A DNA stretch of 13,246 bases, taken from the NCBI GenBank assembly GCA_937897005.1, contig CALCOQ010000110.1, positions 1-13,246 of the forward strand. The letters are read 5' to 3'. Position numbers and translations under genes: made by a program. How positions within the stretch are numbered: position 1 is the first letter of the stretch; each line of letters starts with the position of its first letter. Below, piece after piece: positions 7,371-13,246 of this stretch. The stretch comes from an uncultured euryarchaeote. Lineage in GTDB: Archaea > Thermoplasmatota > Poseidoniia > Poseidoniales > Poseidoniaceae. The notes below the pieces were generated by a model. It searched no databases. It saw only the letters and a program-made list of their open reading frames with translations, and was not told the DNA's origin.

Positions 7371-8366
7371 ATGGTCGCCGTACGCTATGGAAGTGCGGGC
7401 GACCCAATCGCCCAATCATTGTCACCAGTATTGGCGCGTTTGGTGGTTTCTCACATCGCTGGAGAGGGTGATGGCAAGAAGAGTCCAGACATGCAGATGA
7501 AGCGAGTCATGGTCATCCCAGCAAGAAAGGTCGAGGATGCATTGGCCTGGGCGTATGTCGATGCCCTCCCGCGTTCAGTGGAGTGGGACCTCAGTGGGGC
7601 CGAGATAAACCGTTTCGTCACTACATCGCGGCTTGACAAGGCTGTTGCTGAGGCTACGGAGGCAATAAGTGAATGTCCGCAAGAACTGTCTCAGCGTGGA
7701 GAATCTCCTCACCTTCCAGTCGGCCCAGACGGAATACCCGGTTCAGGCGATGAGGTCTGGTTGTCTTTGACTTCACCACTCAAACATCAGTTGGGTTCAG
7801 CTTCATTGAGATATGTCGATGATTCAATGGGAATTGAGAGCATCAATTGTCTGCGCTGGAACAATCGCGAATGGTGGGCAGCATCAACAGATGGGCCTGG
7901 GTTGATACTCGTGGCAGAGCACCTTGGTATCGACATGTCTGATGAACCGGTTCTTGATCTCAGAGGTGGAGGCGGTGCAGCACGCAGTGTGGCGTGGGCG
8001 TGGTCGGCGGAAGGTGGACTTCTCAGATGGTTGGGAGGACGCCGTGAGTTGCGTGAAGGTGGACCATGGGAGGCATCGATGGCGAAGGACGGGAAAGATG
8101 CCGTACTGACCATTGATTTCGAGAATCAGGAACTCGAGGCCGAAGGTCTGGTCATGAAGGCGAAATATGATGCCATGAATGGCTCGTACGAGCAGAGGGT
8201 AGAGAAATTGGCGGATGTGTCCTCAGGAATTGATGGGCGTTGGTTACTGGCTGCTCAACATCTGATATCATGGTCTACATTATGGCGGCCTGATATTCCA
8301 TATCAATTACCGGACTTGGGATTACTGTTGGCTAGATTGGCATCTGTGGAAGCCTATTTTGAATGA
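7371..8366 (+). CDS. Shikimate 5-dehydrogenase family protein (AroE-like), divergent, with ~70-aa insertion between substrate-binding motifs
   Basis: The ORF opens at ATG 7323, and ATG 7371 (MVAVRYGSAGDPIAQSLSP) aligns with the AroE start G-x-PIAHS-x-SP. The catalytic K-D pair is present with correct spacing: SLTSPLK matches NVTVPFK, and INCL...STDGPGL matches VNTL...NTDGVGL 36 residues later. The Rossmann motif LDLRGGGGAARSVAWAW and the C-terminal IDGRWLLAAQHLISWSTLWRPD match AroE. The start is uncertain among 7323, 7371 and 7491. Confidence 0.6.
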   Translation: MVAVRYGSAGDPIAQSLSPVLARLVVSHIAGEGDGKKSPDMQMKRVMVIPARKVEDALAWAYVDALPRSVEWDLSGAEINRFVTTSRLDKAVAEATEAISECPQELSQRGESPHLPVGPDGIPGSGDEVWLSLTSPLKHQLGSASLRYVDDSMGIESINCLRWNNREWWAASTDGPGLILVAEHLGIDMSDEPVLDLRGGGGAARSVAWAWSAEGGLLRWLGGRRELREGGPWEASMAKDGKDAVLTIDFENQELEAEGLVMKAKYDAMNGSYEQRVEKLADVSSGIDGRWLLAAQHLISWSTLWRPDIPYQLPDLGLLLARLASVEAYFE

Positions 8367-8383
8367 AGAATTGAGGCGTTTGA

Positions 8384-11164
8384 TTGAAAACAGTACAGAG
8401 TCCACGGGCATCCATGGGCATCAGGTGCTTGTTGGCGATTCTGATGTTGCTGACGCCGATGCTGGTTGTTTCAGCCGAGCCTGAGAACAGTGCGTTCGTG
8501 GACTCATATCCCGATTCAACCTTCTCCACAGGTGTTGTTGATGTCAATGTTGAGAAAGCGACTTCCAGTGGTGATGAATGGCTGACACAGATGTATTATC
8601 CATCTGAGAATGGAAGTGGTCCTGGTGCAGCGATCAACAGTACTTTCTCGCCATTCCCATTCCTCATCTTCTTCGTCGATGATGGAGAAGATATCGATAT
8701 CTACAGTTGGGTGGCCAACCTTGCATCAGCAGGATATTTCGTTGCGATTGCACCAGACGAATGGGAGAGCGGTGACCATGAGTCTCTCGTGGCTGATATT
8801 TCAGTCCTGATATTGGCATTGGTTGAGATAAATATCAACGGGACTGAGGATGGTAGTGGTCCTGCTAACATGGTTGGGGCTTTCGATATGGAACACTGGG
8901 GTGTTGCTGGACACGGAACTGGAGGGATGGATGCTGCACTCATCTACAACAAGTGGTCTTCCCATGCTGCGAATCTGGACCTTGAACCCCCTCGTTCCTT
9001 CTTTGCTCTGGGAATCGACACCTCCGATGTCAACATCAATATCTTGCAGGATGCTGAACCAGCAGACCCAGGTCTTGCATTGTTCTTGACCGGAACTGCA
9101 GATCAGATAGCACCGGCTTCAGAGCATCTTGACAATGTTGTGGATGTTTGGCCGGGTGGTTGGCACAGGATGTCACCATTGGGGGCCAACCATATCCAGT
9201 ATCAGGATGAGCAGGGTTTGTTGGAATCTTTCCAAGATGGTTCGGGGAACATGGATGAGGGAGAGCAGCAGTCTCATGCATATCTACATGTGTTACCATA
9301 TCTCGACCTTATTCTCAAAGGTGACCACAGCAGATGGTACAATGCAACCAATCGAGACATCGACCCAGAGGTCCTTTCTGATGAGGATGCTTATGTTGAT
9401 GAGGACTTGAACAGATCCAAGATGATGAGAGTGATTTCCACGACTGGTCCAAGTGAGGAGATCGAACTGAATCAGACCCTTGAGTTGACGATGAATGTCT
9501 CCCATCGCAACGGTTCCAGTATCGGCGAGGGAAACTCTGATGCTTGGTGTCTACATTGGAATGGTTCATTGATTCCAGGGGTCTTCAACGACAGTGCTGA
9601 CAGTGCTTCATGCTCTGTGGATTCTGATACTCTTGCTCCAGGGATGCAGAGCATCGTGTTGTTCGCATCATGGGATGGGATGATCACCACGCATGAGTTC
9701 ATTCTTAACAGGGGAAACACTCCACTAGAGCAGGTTTTTCCTGTTCCAGTCATTGTTTTCGACCAGCATTCTTCCATAACCATCGAACCCTATGTCTTCG
9801 CTTGGGACCCTGACGGTCAGGACCTCGTCTTCCTGGATGCATATCTTGTAGGGGAGGAATCAGGAAACCTGAGTTTGAGCAACAATGGCACCAATCTGAC
9901 AATTGAACATACTGGAGAGCCAGAATGGGAGGGCTCTGTTGCTCTTGAGGTGTGGGTGAGTGAACAATCTGCACAGCCAGATTCACTCAATATCAGCACG
10001 GTGGTGACTCTCCTTCCGGTCGATGACCCAGTGGTCAACATTGGACCGATACCACAACAGAAATTTGACGAGGACAGTGAAGGAATCTTCGTTGACATCT
10101 CCCAGTGGTTCTCTGACCCTGAAAATGGAACACTCGAGGCGGTTGGTAGTCTGAATGATGCAAATATCAGTTTTGATTGGAGCAATGGTTCATTGCACCT
10201 CAGTGCGGTTGAGAACTGGTCTGGTGCAGCAATTCTGAATCTCACTGTCAGCGATGGCTCAACAGCCGGAATATCAGTACAGTTTCCAGTTGTTGTGAAC
10301 GCTCTTCCAGACCCTCCGGTCTTCACATATGGTGACCTTGATTTCGATGAAGATGATTCTCGACAGATTCCGCTTGATAGCATTGCTATCGATTCCGATG
10401 GAGATGTCTTGGAAATAGCCGTCAACCAGAGCAACTGTGTGGAAAGTAGTGCGGTCACTGCACTCATCCAGGGTGAATTCCTGGTCCTTTCAGCACAGGA
10501 GAATTGGCATGGGGATGATTCCTGTTGGGTGATTTCTGTTTCTGATGGGCTTACCACCATCAATGCAACATTGAATCTCAGCGTAGCATCCATCGATGAT
10601 CTTCCAGCGGTGTCATGGCATGACCCAGAGGTGAGAGATGACGGAAACATCAGCCTGGGTTTCACATTATTTGATGAGGATGAGCCAGCAGAACATACTG
10701 TCAAGGTTGCTTGGAGGGCTGATGATTGGTTATTGGTCAGTTCATCAGCCTGTCTTGAATGGACGGATGGAGCATTAGCGTGTACCGTATTGTTGCAACC
10801 CTTGTTCTCCAATCACGGTGACCACGTATTCTGGATGAAGGTAGAGACTGAAGGAGTGAGTACCAGTGAGCAGCAATTGTCATTCACCATCTCAGATGTT
10901 CCTCAGGATGATACTTCTGCTGAAGTGGAAGAGGTGGTGTCGATGTTCGATGATGTGAAATTGCGAATCGCCGCCGTTGCTATCGTTTTCATTGTGATAG
11001 TGGCATTCCTTGGAAACCTTCGTCGTAGTACCACCACGATGGTTATCGAGCAGATGAACGTAGAGAAGTATCCCGAAGATGTCGTGTTCGAGGAAGAAGT
11101 CATCGAAGTGGTTGAGGATACCAAACCCAGTGGATTACTTGATCTGGCTCGTCGAAAGGGTTGA
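8384..11164 (+). CDS. Large acidic secreted/anchored surface glycoprotein: signal peptide, serine-less alpha/beta-hydrolase-like domain, tandem cadherin-like repeats, C-terminal TM anchor + acidic tail
   Basis: The 926-aa ORF starts at TTG 8384, with GAGG 7 nt upstream. The alternative start is ATG 8414. It opens with a signal peptide ...CLLAILMLLTPMLVVSA|EP. Residues ~70-270 align with PETase/chlorophyllase/dienelactone-hydrolase folds: MYYPSENG, ...LASAGYFVAIAPD, the elbow GVAGHGTGG, TADQIAP, and GANHIQY. Residues ~450-760 form at least 3 repeats of ~100 aa ending in V-x-V-N/D-x-L/D-P, like cadherin or bacterial Ig-like domains. There are 23 N-x-S/T sequons. A C-terminal TM helix (AAVAIVFIVIVAFLGNL) is followed by a Glu/Val-rich tail. 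Confidence 0.8.
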   Translation: MKTVQSPRASMGIRCLLAILMLLTPMLVVSAEPENSAFVDSYPDSTFSTGVVDVNVEKATSSGDEWLTQMYYPSENGSGPGAAINSTFSPFPFLIFFVDDGEDIDIYSWVANLASAGYFVAIAPDEWESGDHESLVADISVLILALVEININGTEDGSGPANMVGAFDMEHWGVAGHGTGGMDAALIYNKWSSHAANLDLEPPRSFFALGIDTSDVNINILQDAEPADPGLALFLTGTADQIAPASEHLDNVVDVWPGGWHRMSPLGANHIQYQDEQGLLESFQDGSGNMDEGEQQSHAYLHVLPYLDLILKGDHSRWYNATNRDIDPEVLSDEDAYVDEDLNRSKMMRVISTTGPSEEIELNQTLELTMNVSHRNGSSIGEGNSDAWCLHWNGSLIPGVFNDSADSASCSVDSDTLAPGMQSIVLFASWDGMITTHEFILNRGNTPLEQVFPVPVIVFDQHSSITIEPYVFAWDPDGQDLVFLDAYLVGEESGNLSLSNNGTNLTIEHTGEPEWEGSVALEVWVSEQSAQPDSLNISTVVTLLPVDDPVVNIGPIPQQKFDEDSEGIFVDISQWFSDPENGTLEAVGSLNDANISFDWSNGSLHLSAVENWSGAAILNLTVSDGSTAGISVQFPVVVNALPDPPVFTYGDLDFDEDDSRQIPLDSIAIDSDGDVLEIAVNQSNCVESSAVTALIQGEFLVLSAQENWHGDDSCWVISVSDGLTTINATLNLSVASIDDLPAVSWHDPEVRDDGNISLGFTLFDEDEPAEHTVKVAWRADDWLLVSSSACLEWTDGALACTVLLQPLFSNHGDHVFWMKVETEGVSTSEQQLSFTISDVPQDDTSAEVEEVVSMFDDVKLRIAAVAIVFIVIVAFLGNLRRSTTTMVIEQMNVEKYPEDVVFEEEVIEVVEDTKPSGLLDLARRKG

Positions 11165-12721
11165 TCAAAGAGGGATATTGCCGTGTTTCTTGGGTGGGCT
11201 CCATTCACGTTTTGATTTCAACAATCGTAGTGCACGAATCAATCTCAATCGGGTCTCACTCGGTTCGATGACATCATCCAACCACCCATTCTTTGCAGCC
11301 ACATATGGGTCTCCAAACTTGCGCTTGTATTCATTGATCAATTCCTCTCTAACCGTTTCACGTTCTTCTTCTGAAGCCGCAGCGATTTCTCTTCGATGGA
11401 TGATATTGACTGCTCCTTCTGCTCCCATGACCGCCAATTCAGCGGTCGGCCAAGCTACATTGTAATCAGTCTGCAGATGCTTACAAGCCATAGCAAGATA
11501 TGCCCCGCCGTAGGCCTTTCGAACCACCACGGTCAACTTGGGAACTGTTGCTTCAGCATAGGCGAACAGCAACTTGGCGCCGTGGCGGATTATTCCGCCC
11601 CATTCTTGAACCACTCCCGGAAGGAAACCCGGAACATCCTCGAATGTGACAATCGGAATTGAGAATGCATCACAGGTACGGATGAATCGTGCTGCTTTGA
11701 TCGATGCATCAATATCAAGACAACCCGCCAATACCCGTGGCTGATTGCCGACGATTCCAACCGGCTGTCCATCCAGTCTAGCGAAACCGATGACTATATT
11801 GTCAGCATAAGATGCGAACAGTTCGAGAAATCCCCCATCATCAACGACTTCTTTGATGATATCCAGCATGTCATACGGTTTGTTTGGATTATCAGGCACC
11901 ATCTGCTCCAGTTTCAGAGATGTCCTGTCAAATGGGTCAGCACTTGCAATGTATGGTGGTTCAGCCATGTTATGGTCAGGAAGATGGGAAAGGAGCAAGG
12001 CCACGATGTCGATTGCATCATCTTCATCTTCTGCGACCAGGCATGCGATTCCTGAGCGACTGGCATGAAGGTCAGCACCCCCTAGACCAGCGGAATCAAC
12101 TTCTCCAGAGAGAACCTCTGGAGTTTCCAACGGGCTTGACATGAAGAGTTGGCCATGTTCTCTCCCCAAGATGGTGAAATCAGAGAGGCTGGCGGCGAGA
12201 GCGGATACCCCAACCACTGGGCCTAGAACCAGACTGATCATCGGTATTCGACCACTGCACTGAACCAATCTATCAAGCAGTTCACCAGTGCCGCCCAGAG
12301 ATGATATTCCGTCCTGTGCTCTTTGTCCACCCCCGTCCCAGATTCCGATCAATGGTACTCTGGCGCGTTCCGCCATCTCAACCACCTTTGCAATCTTACG
12401 TGCATGCATCTCCCCCATGCTACCTCCATGGACAGAGAAATCCTGAGCGAAACAGTAGATGCGTCTTCCATCCAGCATTCCATGTCCTGCAACAACTCCG
12501 TCGCCCAGATGCCCAAGCAGGTGATGATTACCGTCATTGCTACGATGGTTCACAAAAGTGTCCAATTCACTGAAACTCCCTTCATCGATCAGTCTGCGTA
12601 TCCGTTCTCTTGCTGTGCCGCGGCCACTGTTTCGAATCGCTTCAAGCCGCTTCATTCCACCGCCAGCCGTTGCAGCTGCTCGGTGCTCACGGAACTCTTC
12701 GAGTGAATCGTGTTGTGTCAT
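11165..12721 (-). CDS. pccB: Acyl-CoA carboxylase carboxyltransferase subunit (propionyl-CoA carboxylase beta chain / methylmalonyl-CoA decarboxylase alpha-like)
   Basis: The ORF track gives 11165..12769, but 12769..12767 is TTG. ATG 12721..12719 (MTQHDSLEEF...) has GAGGAG 5 nt upstream and gives 519 aa. Hallmark motifs are GGG...ARERIRRLIDEGSF, GIIRHGAKLLFAYAEATVPKLTVVVRKAYGGAY, and the C-terminus KKHGNIPL. Confidence 0.93.
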   Translation of the reverse strand: MTQHDSLEEFREHRAAATAGGGMKRLEAIRNSGRGTARERIRRLIDEGSFSELDTFVNHRSNDGNHHLLGHLGDGVVAGHGMLDGRRIYCFAQDFSVHGGSMGEMHARKIAKVVEMAERARVPLIGIWDGGGQRAQDGISSLGGTGELLDRLVQCSGRIPMISLVLGPVVGVSALAASLSDFTILGREHGQLFMSSPLETPEVLSGEVDSAGLGGADLHASRSGIACLVAEDEDDAIDIVALLLSHLPDHNMAEPPYIASADPFDRTSLKLEQMVPDNPNKPYDMLDIIKEVVDDGGFLELFASYADNIVIGFARLDGQPVGIVGNQPRVLAGCLDIDASIKAARFIRTCDAFSIPIVTFEDVPGFLPGVVQEWGGIIRHGAKLLFAYAEATVPKLTVVVRKAYGGAYLAMACKHLQTDYNVAWPTAELAVMGAEGAVNIIHRREIAAASEEERETVREELINEYKRKFGDPYVAAKNGWLDDVIEPSETRLRLIRALRLLKSKREWSPPKKHGNIPL

Positions 12722-12749
12722 CTCATCTCCTCGTGTCAGCCTCAGGTTC

Positions 12750-12769
12750 TTGACCACCGCGGTTGTCAA
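12750..12769. promoter_or_regulatory. 20-bp near-perfect dyad TTGACcACCGCGGTtGTCAA located -48..-29 from the pccB ATG
   Basis: Read directly from the sequence. Only the two symmetric positions 6 and 15 deviate, and the core ACCGCGGT is itself palindromic. It lies in the 60-bp spacer between the GatD-like stop and pccB. Confidence 0.3.
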
Positions 12770-12781
12770 TCCACACCTATT

Positions 12782-13246
12782 TCACTCCATCATCACGCTC
12801 GGATTCTCTCCCACAAGGTCAGAGGTCCACAGTGCTGCGATTTTTTCAGCATCACGGCCATGTCGTGAGATCAGCCAGTGCAATTTGATGAGGGCAGCGT
12901 CCGGTCCACAGCGACTATCATGGCCGATGATACCGATTTCCATCTGTCCTCGGCCCTTGGAGTAAACCGCCATGTTCACTGGTCCCCCGATACATTGCGT
13001 ACTGACCAATGCGATTCTTCCGCTATCACACCATTCTGTGATGGCCTTTCTCAATTCCAGATTCTCGGGAGCATCTCCCATCGGGTCCTCAATCGGAAGA
13101 TGTCCCAAGCCAGTGCCTTGAATCACAATTGCATCGTGATCCAGAGCGGCGATCGCATTGATGACTTCACCGCGAAGGTGGGGTCCTGCCAGTAATTGAG
13201 TTATCTTGATGTCTGGGTCGAACGATGTTGGCTGTCGTGAAACTTC
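12782..13246 (-). CDS. C-terminal part of an asparaginase-family protein (Glu-tRNA(Gln) amidotransferase subunit GatD or type I L-asparaginase); 5' end is beyond the window
   Basis: The frame is open from base 13246 down to the TGA at 12782..12784; the track's start at 13126 is GTG. The translation ...AIVIQGTGLGHLPIEDP...GRIALVSTQCIGGPVNMAVYSKGRG...ALIKLHWLIS matches the asparaginase/GatD C-terminal domain (EGTGLGH...TSQC.YGRVN..VY..GR...A.VKL.WLL). Confidence 0.7.
   Translation of the reverse strand, partial: EVSRQPTSFDPDIKITQLLAGPHLRGEVINAIAALDHDAIVIQGTGLGHLPIEDPMGDAPENLELRKAITEWCDSGRIALVSTQCIGGPVNMAVYSKGRGQMEIGIIGHDSRCGPDAALIKLHWLISRHGRDAEKIAALWTSDLVGENPSVMME

Noticed and set aside
9817-10812. 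331-aa minus-strand ORF inside the surface-protein gene
   Set aside because: It is antisense to a frame with coherent domain and repeat architecture. Its product is Ser/Thr-rich low complexity of the kind expected from the reverse complement of Asp/Glu-rich codons.
12750-12755. TTGACC/TTGACA hexamers in the pccB upstream dyad resembling a bacterial -35 box
   Set aside because: The locus is archaeal (pelota, N-glycosylated surface protein), where sigma70-type -35/-10 promoters are not used. The symmetry argues for an operator instead.
1-13246. Search for tRNA/rRNA genes, CRISPR arrays, IS elements or phage genes
   Set aside because: Non-coding DNA totals only a few hundred bp in short spacers. 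No cloverleaf-sized conserved stretches, no regularly spaced direct repeats, and no transposase or integrase-like ORFs were seen.

Overview
All readings below come from manual inspection of the six-frame track and the raw sequence; no searches were run. The window looks like a gene-dense archaeal chromosome segment of about 50% GC, with 11 or 12 genes and almost no non-coding DNA. It is read as archaeal because it carries a Pelota/Dom34 gene and a large, heavily N-x-S/T-sequon-decorated surface protein. On the minus strand, left to right, are: a PfkB sugar-kinase::KDPG-aldolase (Eda) fusion; pelota; formate--tetrahydrofolate ligase (Fhs); a tightly coupled 4-gene membrane module (two small unannotatable TM proteins, NfeD/YqiJ-like, SPFH/flotillin YqiK-like); then, further right, propionyl-CoA carboxylase beta chain (PccB-like carboxyltransferase); and the 3' part of an asparaginase-family (GatD-like) gene running off the right edge. 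On the plus strand sit a divergent shikimate-dehydrogenase-family (AroE-like) gene with a large internal insertion and a 926-aa acidic, signal-peptide-bearing, C-terminally anchored surface protein. That surface protein has an N-terminal PETase/chlorophyllase/dienelactone-hydrolase-like alpha/beta-hydrolase fold whose nucleophile serine is replaced by glycine (GHGTGG), followed by tandem cadherin-like beta-sandwich repeats. No rRNA, tRNA, CRISPR, IS element or prophage signature was recognised. Several ORF-track 'M' starts are actually TTG or GTG (2834, 8384, 12769, 13126), and internal ATGs fit family N-termini better. The most interesting items are the kinase-aldolase fusion, the serine-less hydrolase adhesin, and the extended SPFH-NfeD module with two uncharacterised small membrane partners.
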